A stretch of DNA of 63,316 nt, filler included, from Sphacelaria rigidula (lineage: Eukaryota): NCBI GenBank assembly GCA_964200075.2. It is 4 parts of 4 records of this genome, joined end to end, with 100 filler letters (N's around TTAATTAATTAA, not from the genome) between each part and the next. Parts side by side here need not be neighbours in the genome. Positions count along the whole stretch, not along the records: positions 31,714 to 47,465 come from CAXNAA020001608.1; positions 47,566 to 63,316 come from CAXNAA020001609.1; 2 more parts are not named here. One strand, written 5' to 3'. Position numbers and translations under genes: made by a program. The notes under the pieces were generated by a model. That model worked only from the letters and a program-made list of their open reading frames with translations, did no database searches and was not told where the DNA came from. Of this stretch, positions 36,751-49,540 are shown in pieces (the stretch's first letter is position 1; the number at the start of each line of letters is the position of its first letter).

Positions 36751-39700
36751 TGTGAACCTGCCTGCCATTAGGACAAGGTTACAGTGCTGCTCCAGAGGCT
36801 TCCTCCCAGTCACGGGCTCCAGAGACTTCAAGACTTCAAGCAGTTATACAAACGGCAGTCTTCGTTAACCAGAAGTAAGCCTCACGAGCTTTCCTCACGA
36901 ACACGATATGTTACGCATCCAATAGTCATCCTCCAAACAATCAATCCAGGATCCGCCGCATATCTACATGATGGATACTGTAGGTGGACTACTCTACAGC
37001 ACCCTCCAAAACTTCGCACTACTTGAAGTAGAAAGCGAATTTGACAAAACAGTAGACACCGACAGTACCCTACGATGTCAACAAGAGACAAGCATTATCA
37101 GACCACATCAGGTCAAATCACGATGCCCCCCCAGTATAATCATAACACACCAGCACGAACTACTCCAACATGTTAGGCAAACAATGACCAAGCGGTATAC
37201 TCAACGTACGCCAAATGGCATAGTAGAATCCATGAACTACGCCAACAACCAATCACAGCTGGTAACCCAATCAATCAGAGCTTGAGCCCATACTTAGCCA
37301 GCAAACGGGCCCGTACCTGCTTTGTTAGTCGCAACTTACGCAATTCAGAACGTACGAACTGCGGGGCTCCTTCCAAAATGGTTTCCAGAGGCTCCCACGA
37401 GCTCTCATCCTTGCCGAAACCTACCCATTCCACGTGTACAACGAACCCATCACCGTCTTGGGCCTCGGACAAGTCAACGATCGCCTCCATCTCGAATTCT
37501 CCTTGCGCAAACGCATACTGGAACACTTCCTTCAGATCCGCAGTGACCGCCAGCTGCTTGTCCGCGTACTACCGTAGACGGGAGACATGCGCGTCCTTCA
37601 CCTCTCCGTTGACGATATTCTGAATCTCGTACACATGCTGATGCTCCGCTGCCACGATCCTCCACGGTCCTGTCCACGTACTTACGAGTTTTGGCGTTGT
37701 ACCTGAGCGCCTAACCCTCGCAGCCAACACATAGTCACCCACCATGAAATTTGGCAACTGTCCCTTACTAGCTACACGTCGTTGCAGTTCACGAGTCTTC
37801 TCAACACGCTGCGCCACCTCCTTGTGCAACGCTTGCTGCGCCTCCACGACTGACGCCACCTTCTCCCGCAGCATGTCCTCATCCAGCACATCAAGTCGCC
37901 ACTCGCCGCCAGTCGACGATGCCAGGGTTGAAAAACTTGTGCGCGGCGCCCGTCCAACCATCACATGGTATGGCGTACTAGCGTAGCGCTCGCGGAATGC
38001 CGTGTTCAATGCCCACTGTACGGCAGGCACCAGTCCCACCCAGTCACGAACGCCGCGCCTCTCTTCGTGCAGCGTGGCCTTCAAAGTTCGGACAACCTCT
38101 CGCATCATCTTTTCACACGTACCATTTGACCACGGCGAGTTTGGAACCGCGAACCTCCTGTCCAGCTTCAGCGCCTTCTCCAATGCTCGCATCACATGGT
38201 TCTTAAAATGCAATGCGGTGTCACTGGGTGGGCTCCAAGACTGCTGCCGAGATAGCCCCCCCCAAAACCGGCCAAAAATGTGCACGAAGGCGATGATCAT
38301 AAATGCCGTTAGAGCTGGTTTCGTGTTCTACGACGCGACTTATCTGGGCGTTATAGCTGATTTCGGACTGCTACAAGCCTTTCATGTGGGCGGCATTGCT
38401 GCAAATGAGCCCAATAGTGGGATCGCGGCCGGTTTGTCGGACGATCCCCCGTGCACCTTTCGTGGGGGGGCTATCTCGGCATTAGTCCCAACCACGCGAA
38501 ATTGCACAGATCATCCATCATTAAAAATATGTACTTGTACCCGTCGCCTTCATCCAGGCCGCTCTCGCCCGGCGGGCCACTTTCGCCAACGTACAGATAA
38601 TTAAAATGTATCACCTCACCGGGCCGGGTGCCATGCACTGTCTCCCCTAGCGGCCGCGGGACCATCTCACCCGCTTTCGAGTCCACACAATGCAAGCACT
38701 TCCTCACAAAATCCGTCAGATGAGCTTCCATCTGAAGCCAACAGCAATGCTCTTGCAGCCGCTGCAGTGTCGCCACAACACCCCGATGACCCGCCTCCTT
38801 CATGTGAGCACACACCATCGAGCGTGTTTGCAGCTCTTTTGCTTGCGGCGGGATCCACAACACATTCTGCCCTGCTACATGCACGCGAAACAAACCCTCA
38901 CCGTCTTTTGAAAATCGCCCAACAGCTGCTGCAGAGGTAGGGGCTCCAGCATCCATCACTCCAAACCCGGCTTGAGCCTGCTCTCGGGCCTCACGAATAG
39001 CGTCCTTCGACGGCAGCGTTTCATCAGGCTGATCGCTCGCAAACACGGCCGCAGCACGTACAGACACCGCGGGAACGTTTTCCCACCTTGACAATAAATC
39101 TCCCCAGCAGTTGCGCTCACCAGCAATGTGCCTGATGAAGTAATCATACTGCCCGAGCACAGCCTTCCATTGCTCGAGCCTCTGGGCAGCAGTCTTAGAC
39201 ACGGATGCAACGCACGCCTCGGGCTTAAAGATGTATGCGAGGTTACGATGATCGGAAAAGATATGTACCCCACCCCAGAGAAGATCCTACAACCTACGAA
39301 AAGTACTTACGATTGCATAGCCTTCCTTGTCCACCGTAGCCCACCGAACCTGCGCTCCACGAAACGTTCCGCTAAGAAATCCCATCGGCTCATGGCTCAT
39401 GTCTTCCACCGCCAAAATACCACCCAGTTCATCCTCGGGCACCTGCGTAATAAAACTGCCTCAGTGTAGATCCGACGCGTCTGGAAACATGAGAACCTCA
39501 TACCCCTGCTTGGGATATGACAAAGCGACGGCATGCGCCACCAAATCTTGCGCCTCGTGCCACGCCTGAGCACGCCTGGACGTCCATGCTGACTCCGCGA
39601 TTGTCCAGTTTGACGCCACCCGCTTGGTACGGCGCACGTTCCCCTGAATGTGTTCCTCCAATAATACCCGCAGCGGCTCCACCACCTCCGCCAGACGCGG

Positions 39701-42700
39701 CAGGGACGTTCTCAGCCAGTTTACCGCCCGCAGGAACTGCATAAGCTCGCCTGCTGTGCGCGGGCGCCTAAGATTGGCCAACCCGCCCAGTCTCTCGCGG
39801 TCATGAGCCACTTGACCACCTGAAAAGACCTCGCCGCACCACGTGATCTGTGTGTCGTAGAACATGCACTTGTGCGCAGCCGAAAAAACAACCAGCATCC
39901 TCCAAACGGTCCAAAATCTCGTCAAGTGTACACAAAAGATCATCCTCATCTTTACCCCACCACAAGATATCATCCACCCATACTTTGCACTGAAGTCCGG
40001 TCAATCATCCTGTCATGATGCCCTGGAAGTACCCCATCGCATTCAACACCCCTTGCGGCACCCGTGTGGGGGTAAACAGACCTTCGGGAGTCGCGATCGT
40101 GAATAATTCTTGTGCATCAGCCGCCAACGGCATCTGCCAGTACCCCTGCAGCATATCAATCTTGCCAAAACATGCAGCGCCCATCAGGTCGATCAGCTCC
40201 GCCTCGTGGTTAGGTATAGCAGCCGGAACCTTCTCAATCTGCTTGTTTACCGCGCGATAATCACTCACCAGTCGATAACCACCCTTCTTCGGCGTTGCTA
40301 TGGCCGCACTCGCCCACACCGCCTGTAAGCTGCGAAAGACTAGCCCAAGCGCCACCAGCATTGCCATACACCCCGCTAACCACGTTGCCTTTACAGGGGA
40401 ATACACCCGCGGGCTCGCCTTGACTGCCCTAGCCCCGGGTTTGAATCTCACCTTCAAGGGCTCTACTCGAGCAGGCGGATCACCGCGCAGTGCTCGCCTA
40501 AAAGCATTGACACGGCGCCCAACAACTCCCCGAAGCTTATCAACGCCGCTCGCCGACATACCCTTGTCCGCAGCCGCCTGTACTGCATGATCCAGTGCGA
40601 CACGACGCCCTGCCAGTTCTTCCTCTGGATTCATGTCCACCTCGGGACCACGCGACATCAATCGCTCAACGGAGGGATCCACAGGCTCGTCTTGTCTACC
40701 TGGATCCTGTAACGCCTCAACGGCAATGCTCACATGCCTACATTCTCGGAATTCAGGTGTATCTACACCTCTCACCAACGCGTGTCTTGAGCGTGCGCAT
40801 GCGTCCAGCCCACTGTACACGTCAATGCCCATGGCTTCCAGCGTGCCGCTCCCTAGGATCACCACATCATCGGCACCTGGCATAACCGCATAGTGACACG
40901 GATCCAACACCACCGGCCCCCAGCTGGTGTGCAGAGCGGTACACACTAGGCACGTATTCGACTGCATACCCTGTATATTACCATCAGCTAGTTTCACCGG
41001 GTGTGCACGAGCCATACTGGTGACAACGGACACATCAGGGAACACTGCTGGCAACTGGGCCGCCACTTTTCCAGACATGATAGTGGTGCCAGCCCCCGAG
41101 TCCAAAAATGCAGTCACAAGGCAGACGTTCTTGACTGTGGAACCTGGAACGGACAAGTCTGCCCGGCAGCATCGCTGCTTGCGGTCAACTATTACACCCT
41201 CAGCCTGTAAATCTGCAACCTCAGAGGTGTGCAGACCCCGCCATACCAGCATTGTCTGAGACATCCACTCCTGAGTCGGTCCCGCCGCCAGTTGGGTTTG
41301 AGCTGCAGGAGCTGGAGCGGAAGGCTGGGGCGGCGCCATGCTATCCGCACTACTCGCACCCCCTTGCGTTCCATCCCCTGGGAAAACAGCCCGTGTGGGA
41401 GCAGGACCTTTACCGCCCCCCCGCTGACCATGGACCTGTTGCTGCTGCTGCTGCTGCCGCGGTGGCGGCGGCGACGACTTTGCTTGCCCACCGGACGCAC
41501 TCACCGCGGCGGCAGGTGTGCTCTGCTTGTGACAATCCTTCTTGTAGTGGGCCTTATCGCCACACTCAAAACAACCTGCATAGCTCGGACCAGGTTTATG
41601 CGGCTTTTTCGAGCTCTTACCGCCACTAACTGCGCCGCCACTACCTGGTGCGGCGGCCGCAGCCGCGGCGCCGGCATGCAATGTCATTTTTTTTTAGAGC
41701 CGCTTTATTGCCTAAGTTGCGGTTGCTGTCGGCGGTGTTTGTCAACCTCCTCAACAGTTTTCCATTTTTCCGCCAAGTCACGAGCTACCTCATAAACCAC
41801 TTTCGGGCTCTCTTTCCAGTCCCTTTTCATGTAAAGTATATTTTGAACTTTATTCTTGAACTCAGGTGGGGTCAGGCCGGCGACCATAGCTCTGCTAATA
41901 ATGTGTGCTGGACCAGCCTTGAACTTACGGTCAGATTCAAGGAAAACGCACTCGGCACCTGCGTTTTCCGCAAAATACTCCTGTAATGAACTGAATTGCC
42001 CTTCTACTCGACCCATTGCAGTTGGTTCAGACCGTGCGGCAAGGGCTTTTTTCACGCCTGCTGCAGCTGCGGAAGGATCAAGTTCCATATCGATCCAGCA
42101 TTTGGCATGGCATGCAATCCCTTGCTGCAATTCGTCTTCGTCAAGTGGCGACCCGTCAAATATGCTGTCAGACACGCAGTTCTGGATGTGCTTTGGCACC
42201 AACTCTTGCATGGCCAAGAGTGCGCACTTTATCGACCGGCCTTGGTTACTTTTCCCCACTGCCTCTTCATAGTCGCGATACCTTTGGTAAAAGCGTCTGG
42301 AAGCTTGCTCACTGAATACTCGCCCATATTCGGGCAATTTCAAGGATCCACCCAAGGTCAATTCGGTTACTGCAAACTTCACCTCACCAACCGTCTCGCT
42401 GGTGCCCCCTTTCCTTTGCGCTGCCATCCTTCCAACAGCCTCCTGTCACCGCAGTCGCCTTAGATTCGTGTGGCCTGCGCCTCTCTCTACGCCGCTTCTC
42501 CCCCCCCTGCTATTCAACGTAAGTGTCCTCATTTTTTACAAACAGTCGGGTGCGACGTCCAAAACCCAATCCAGAAACGACAAGTTTCCTGAATAAACGT
42601 TTATTGTGAACCTGCCTGCAATCAGGACAAGGTTACAGTGCTGCTCCAGAGGCTTCCTCCCGGTCACGTGCTCCAGAGACTTCGAGACTTCAAGCAGTTA

Positions 42701-42856
42701 TACAAATAGCAGTCTTTCTTAACCAGAAGTAAGCTTCACGGGCTTTTTTCACGAACACGGTATGTTACGCATCCAATAGTCATCCTCCAAACAATCACTT
42801 AAGGATCCGCCGCATATCTACATGTTGCATGAATACTGTAGGTGGACTACTCTACA
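36751..42856 (-). mobile_element. Ty3/Gypsy chromovirus-type element B, near full length, decayed; LTRs 36751-36998 and 42605-42856
   Basis: Direct TG..CA repeats. Order gag (41705-42427), CCHC, protease LDSGA, RT (DMLQGYWQ, PQG, WVDD), RNase H (FPDAS), integrase (H..GH..C..C) and chromodomain (VEWVGF...SWEP, 37275-37526). Several stops and frameshifts. Purine-rich tract before the 3' LTR. Confidence 0.95.
38239..38487. mobile_element. MITE inserted in the integrase of element B
   Basis: About 24-bp TIR GACT..TGCCGAGATAGCCCCCCC and CCAA duplicated on both sides. Removing it restores FAWLEPT. Confidence 0.85.
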
Positions 42857-43370
42857 CGCTTGACACCGATTTCTCCCAATAACAAGTGTGCCGCGCGAGT
42901 GTGCTAGGTCGTCGGACACACCAACGAATCCATTTTTTTCGTGGAATCCCCCCCTCCCCGCCCCCCGTTGTAGGACTACTTTCCCGTGGCACTACTTCCA
43001 ATTGCCACACTGTAAGCACGAAGTTGTGGAGGCACTTCGTTGTAGCAGAGTCCTCGGTGAGGCCGAGCATGAATTGCTCGTCACAAAGGATATAAGTCTT
43101 AACAGCCTGGCCGTTTGCCAACTTGCTCGATGTTTCCTTCACTTCTTCCATCGAAGGCTCGGCCCTAGCGCTTCGTTCCCCGGCATCTGTTCGATGGCAT
43201 CGATGGCAGAGTCGTCGAACGTAGACGAGATTACGCCCAAAATCTTCTCGAACCACCCTTTTCACCTCTATAGGACGTTGCATTCCCCGCAACAGCTCGC
43301 CAGACGCGCTCCTGATTGTAGCCAAATGATACCAAGCCGTAGGTTTCAGTATTATCGCATGCATGATTGG
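42857..43370 (-). pseudogene. Decayed RTE-like LINE reverse transcriptase fragment
   Basis: EPSMEEVK...LANGQAV...LGLTED...LTVWQLEVVPRE is similar to the LINE fragment at 47940-48560. Confidence 0.6.
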
Positions 43371-43778
43371 AGCAGTCGCAGAGGACAGGGGATCCTGGAT
43401 TGATGATCCTTATCTGTGTGGCCCCTTGCTGCTGGCTCAACATGTGGTCTGTTTCGGGACCACTCCTCGGTAATAACAAGTGAGAAGAAAGAACTTGTTG
43501 AGCACGAAGCCGGTGCTACTGGAGGAGTCCCTCGTGGATAGTCCTCTTGTCCAGATCGTTTGGCAGAGGCTACAATATCTAGATATTCTTCTGGCCCTCT
43601 GTTAGAGGAGTTTTGGCTGAGGAGAGAGTGGGCGGCAGCTTTTAGAGCCAGTTGCAGAGCCCGCATACAGGAGGAGACGCAGCCTGAAGCGCACAGCATT
43701 GGGAGGATGCTCCGTGAGCCGGAGGACGCACAAGTCAGGCAAGCGTATCTCCGTGAAGTGATTTGAGTCACAGAGAAC

Positions 43779-46700
43779 ATGGCTCAAGCGGCAACGACGC
43801 CGCTGGTATTAGGTGAGCCATTACCGCCGCCAAAGTATGGTGAATTATGGACCGAGGAGGCATCTCGCGTGTTTTTTGCCAGATACATCAAATACGTACA
43901 GAGGTGGAGTCTAGCTCATGCAGAAGGAATCATACGGCATGAGAGGGTGAGCATAGGTCAACTCATTCTTGTCTACATTCACCGCTACTTTGAGGATATG
44001 TACAAGGACGGTCAGGTTATGACCTCCGATGAATTGCTTGATGCTGTGAAGCAGCATGCCGGGTATACGACAACCGGTGGAAAGCATGACACTACGCGGG
44101 CTGCAGCAGACCTACGTAGGGTACTTACAATGAAGCAGAGCGATGGAAAGTCCGTGAAAGATCGTGCTATGAGGGTTACCTCAGACATGGAAAGGTTTTT
44201 TGCTGAAAATCTGATGGTGCAAGCAATGTACCGTGCGGAGGACAGGAGTTGGTTGCCTGGCCCGGCCGAGTCGATGTCCGTTGCTTTAGTGGATGGGATT
44301 TCGCCCCCGGGTTCAAGGCGTATGTTAAAAATGTACTAACGTATGTGGACGGCTGGAAGAGGAGTCCAACGGTGGTGTTCAAAAACAGATTTGAGGCGGC
44401 CGATCAATGGAAATTCATTGAAGCACATGGCCGGCGCGACTCTGCGAAAAGTGCAGGTGGTACGCGCCGCAAACAGCAACATCAACAGAAACAGCAGCCG
44501 TCTTCGCGAGAGTCGTCCACTCGCGCGTGTTATAACTACGGCGACACCAGACACATGATCAAGGACTGCCTCAAGCCTCGCGCTCAAGGCGCTACACAGG
44601 GCAATGCACGAGATTTATCAGGATCTCGGGGCGGTCGTCACGGTGGACAGGGCCGTGCCAATCAGGGACGCGGGCGCGGCGGCCGTGAAAGCAAGCAATC
44701 GACGGCGGATGGTGGTTCCTCCGCTGTTGTTTCGTGTACTACGTCATCAGGTGGTAACTCTGGAGTTTCTGGTTCGTCCGTCGCGGGGCGGACAGTGTAC
44801 GTGGGAAACGCAGGTACTTCGGTGGGGAGTGCTGAAGCGAGTAGCTCGCAACCCATCGGCCAGGCAGGATCCGTGTCTGGTGCATTTCCTACGGCTGCGG
44901 CGGTGGTTACAGCGCCGTCTGCATATTCGGCGACATGGTCTGGTTGGACCGATGATTCGCAGTTATCGATGCCAAGTGCTGGAGGGCAGCCATGGCGTCA
45001 GGTGATTATTGGGACAGAACAGGGTTCTTCGGCAGGCGTGGTACCTGTCGATCGCAATGGTGAATGCTCACGCGCAGATTTAGCCTTGCCTGGTTCTGTA
45101 GGTTCGTTAATGGCCAGCGTTATTCTGGATTCTGGGTCCGCTCTCACGTCGATTGGTGTGGGGTTGCTTAAGCAAATATCTTCGCAGTTTGGCGGCGCTC
45201 AGCTTCAAATTACGTTCGAAAACGGACCGCAAACGGCGCAGACTGCCACGGGTACTCCCGTGACGGTCACACACAAAACAGTGCCAATTGCTGTTAGCGT
45301 TCGTACGCCGTGTGGGGCGGTGCAGTTACAGTCCATTACTTTCGCTGCCATGCCCGGTAGGGACAATGTAGTTCTATTTGGCATGGCAACAATCAAGGAG
45401 CTGGGAATTGATTTGTATCCGTTTGCGTTGGAGAAGTTACGTCCGCGTGCTGTGCCGGTGCAAACTGGCGTGGAAAATTCCAGCTACCTTGCTGCAAGGC
45501 ATGTGATCGTATCAATACGGTCATTCCAAAGCGCCTGTGAGGAGGAGGCTCCTGCTGATGAAGCAGTAGAGCGCTTGGTCGATCGAGGGCCTGATATGTT
45601 CATGGACCCAGCAGAGGAGAGAGGTGCACGGGAGCGTGCGCTTGAGGATAGTGTGCGGCAGGCCGAGCAGAAGGGCCTGAGCGCCGAGGGCACACATTGT
45701 CTGCGCGATATTCTGGCTCGTCGCGTAGATACTTTTCGCCGTGCGCTGCGTGGTGATCCGCCAGCGCGCGTTGAGCCCATGAGGGTGTAGCTGAAGCCCC
45801 AGGCGAAGGCGGTGAAGGCCAAGCCCAGACGGTACGATCCGGTGGAGACCGGGTGGCTTGCCTCATGCATCGCAGCTTTGGTGGCGTTTGGTTTAGTGGT
45901 GAGGAACATCCAGGCTGTGTGGGTGAGTCCAGCGATGGCGGTGCCGAAAAGGGATACATTCCGTTTGGTTAGCGACTATCAGGCGGTGAACGCGCAAGTG
46001 GAACAGTCTCCGGGGGTGATGCCAAGCCAAGAAGACATGCGGGAGTTGCTGGGAGCCCAGTGCTTCGGCAAGTTGGACCTGCTACAGGGGTATTGGCAGA
46101 TACCTCTGGCGCCGGGGGCTCAGGAAATCTTCACGATCGTCACGCCGGAAGATTTGTTCACGCCTACTCGTGTCCCGCAGGGCATGTTGAACGCCACGGC
46201 GTATTTTCAAGGTGTGCTGACTGACGTTTTGCAAGGACTAGATTGTAAAGGGTGGGTGGATGACGTCTTCTATTTTGCTGAAACCGAAGACGCACTGTTA
46301 GCTTTGCTTGACGAAATCCTTGGCTGCTTGGAGAGTGTTGGTCTGTTCGTCGCTGCGCATAAGTGTACTTTGTTCGCCCGCGCAGTGGTTTGGTGTGGTA
46401 AGGAGTACTCCAAGGGTACTGTTTCGCATGGTCCCGTCCGTGTTCAAGGTTTGAACAATATGCGACGTCCTCAAAACGCTAGTGAGCTGATGCAGTTTCT
46501 GCAGGCGGTGAATTGGATGCGAACTTCGCTCCCGCGCGTGGCGGAAGTAGTTACTCCGCTTCGAGTGTTTCTGGAAGAACTCATGGCCGGGGCTTCGCGT
46601 CGGACCAAGCGGGTGGCGCGTAATCGTACAATTCCGGAGGATGCTTGGACAGAGGATCGTGTGAGGGCATGGCGTGCTGCGCAAGATTTGGTGGCGCAAG

Positions 46701-47465
46701 CGGTGCCGCTGTATCATCCTCGTCCAGAGTGCGTTGTTCTCATGTTTCCGGATGCTTCGGATTTTCACTGGGGTAGTTTTCTGACGCAAGTGCCTGTCGC
46801 AGAGTTTAATAGGGCCATTGCGTTCGAAAACATGTCACACGAACCGTTGGCTTTTCTGAGTGGTAGTTTTAAGGGTTCACAGTTGCGGTGGGCGACAGTG
46901 GACAAGGAAGGTTTCGCGATAGTCAATACATTTCGAAGGCTTGAGTACTTGCTTTGGGGTGGTGTCCGTATTTTCACCGATTATCGCAATCTCAAGTACA
47001 TTTTTAATCCCCGAGAGTGTGTCACATCGGTGACGAAGGCCATGGCACAACGGCTTGAAAATTGGAAAGGAGTACTAGGCCAAAACCGGTATGCTATTGA
47101 ACACATTCCTGGAGAGCGCAATTGTTGAGGAGCTTTGTTGTCTCGCTGGGTGAAGGTTCCTACCGTGCCTGTTCGTTCTGTTGCCGTGTGCAGCCCGTGT
47201 GATGCCGATGATTCGCTGCCCTCGTTAAATGTCATTTGTACTGCGCAGCGCAAAACAGTCGGCGACGGTGTTCATTCGTTTCCTACGACCTTTGGTCAAG
47301 CTACAATGGCTGACGATGGTTTGTTTCGCGTGCGTGTAGGCAGTCGTGATGTTTTGTGGATTCCGTCGGATGATAAGGCTCTACCAACTCGCTTGATGGT
47401 ATGCGCTCACATGCGGTCGGCCGGTCACCGTGGTGTGGCGCCGACTCTGTTTCGTTTGAAAGAAT
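43779..47465 (+). mobile_element. Ty3/Gypsy element C, decayed gag-pol, truncated in integrase by the contig edge
   Basis: gag with a frameshift near 44310, degenerate knuckle, ILDSGS protease, RT (DLLQGYWQ, PQG, WVDD), RNase H FPDAS and integrase start CAHMRSAGHRG. Stops at 45788 and 47126. Shares FRRALRGDPPARVEP with element B. No LTR recognised. Confidence 0.92.
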
Positions 47466-47565
47466 NNNNNNNNNNNNNNNNNNNNNNNNNNNNNNNNNNN
47501 NNNNNNNNNTTAATTAATTAANNNNNNNNNNNNNNNNNNNNNNNNNNNNNNNNNNNNNNNNNNNN
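47466..47565. other. Artificial contig linker
   Basis: N44-TTAATTAATTAA-N44. Confidence 0.97.
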
Positions 47566-47939
47566 AAAAAGCATCTGCGCTCATCATCGTTATTGTTGCT
47601 GTTGCTCGCAATTCACGCACACAGATGGGTGCTCGTCACGGCATCATCCTCGACGACACACCGGGCATCGTTCTCGACGGCACACCGAAAAAAAATATTG
47701 CCGTGGTGCTCCCTTCAACTACAAAATCATTTCCGAGGGAAAATACTTTTGCACCTCCAGGATACAATTTCACGTGTCGTTCATCCTCAACAAAAAGCAC
47801 CATCCTCAACATAGATGATTGGCTGTTTACGGAAGGAGTGCCTTGAAACGGTTCTGAGCGCAATTTCACGTACGCTCAATCACGTTGTCGTACGCCTCAT
47901 CGAACAGAAGATGGTGCGTCGCGGGGGAGCCCTCGATGG

Positions 47940-48560
47940 AAGAAGTGAAGGACGCAGTCAACAGGCTGGTGAGCGGTAAGGCCGTTGGGACTGACAACTT
48001 GTGTGGTAAAGCTCGGCCTCACCGAAGGAGTCTGCCATCCTGAACTTCGGCCACAACATCGTGCTCACGGTGTGGCGTCAGGAAGTAGTATCCCGGGAAT
48101 GGAAAGGCACTATCAAGGTGATGTTCAAGAAACAGAATCCGCACGAATGCGGCAACTTACGCGGTATTTGGCTAGGATCCCACGCGGGCAAGGCGGTTCT
48201 CAAGATAGTTGTTGCGACTTGCGTCAGCGCCAACCACGAGTGGAGTGTATAATGCTCCCAGAAGCTGCGGGTTCCGACCCGGGTCATTGAGAGTCGCCAG
48301 GATGGACGTTGCGCGCGGACCCCAAGCACTCGCCAGCCAGAGAGAAGAATCTTCGACTGTATATATGTGCTTCATCGACCTCCAAGAGGCGTACGACTCA
48401 GTCGACCGCTCTCTTCGCTGGAAGGTGGTAGCGCGATACGGCATCCCCACCAAGTTGATAATATCCACTATCCGCCAGTTCCACGACGGCATGCGGGCAT
48501 ACGTACACCTTGACAGCGGCGAGACGTCTGAGTGTATTCGAGTACGTCCGGACTGGATCC
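47940..48560 (+). pseudogene. RTE-like LINE reverse transcriptase fragment
   Basis: EWKGTIKVMFKK...ECGNLRGIWLGSHAGKAVLKIV, CGFRPG and YMCFIDLQEAYDSVDR...RQFHDGM across frameshifts. Confidence 0.85.
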
Positions 48561-49214
48561 TGGTACATGAGTACTTGTAGTGGTTCGCATACAATCTCGG
48601 GAATATTGACTGCGGATCGTTTGAGGATACTATGCGTCAAATAATGTTTTCGTGAGATTGAGGGTAGAGGATACGATTGAGAGTGAAAAACAGTCAATAG
48701 GTGACTGAATCGTTCCGGTCCCGAAATGCCTCACCGCGAGGCCCGATAAACGTTTTGTAGTAGCTCGCCACTGATACCCTTGATATCCCGGAGTAAGATG
48801 TCGACGTGTAGCTGTAAGCACACGCCAGTGATCGCGAGGCAAAGAAAAGCACACATGGACTGAAAAATTGGTAAAGTGAAAGGGAATGATCAAAGCCACT
48901 CTCATCAGCGCTCTACTCTTAATCTCAAGAAAACGTTGTTGTAAGTGGACCAACCTGCAACGCGGGGTTGTAGCATGCAATCTGTACTGCATATAGTTAC
49001 TCTGTCTCATAAGTTAGGACCGACGTTGTCACAGACGCCCTTAACCGTGTCCGATGCTTTATTTTTTTGTTGTTGAAATCTTTGGCGTTTTTTTTAATTA
49101 AATCCAGTGGTGTTATTATTTGTTCGCGCATTACTCAAGGTGGTCGAATGGCCACGAAAAAATCAGTCAGCCTAAAGATGGCCGATTTTCGCCCCTGTTC
49201 CGGGGGCAAGAAAG

Positions 49215-49540
49215 TGTCGGGAAAAAAATGAAAGCACTCCGTAGCGCCGCGACTTTCGTCGGAGAAAGATGTGAAGGGCGTCCACTCCTCGGGGTGATCG
49301 AAAGATCAAGCTCCCCAGATGCCTCTATCTGCTCTCTGCACCCTTTTTAACGGCCGTCTAGGAAACTGTTCGCCTACGCCGTACTTTTCAGCGAGAGGGC
49401 CAAAAAAGCCCGCGGGCGCCCTCGAAGTGCCGAGCGGAATGCCCGCGGCGATCTCGAACGCCATGGCATAACGTAGGCCCAACGATAGTTTTCTGCCGCT
49501 TTTACGAGGCGGAGGGGTACTCACGGGCGATTCCATGGTG
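49215..49540 (-). pseudogene. Tc1/mariner transposase N-terminal fragment
   Basis: HTH-like LAEKYGV followed, after a frameshift, by ELDLSITPRSGRPSHLSP (RSGRP linker). No catalytic domain. Confidence 0.5.
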
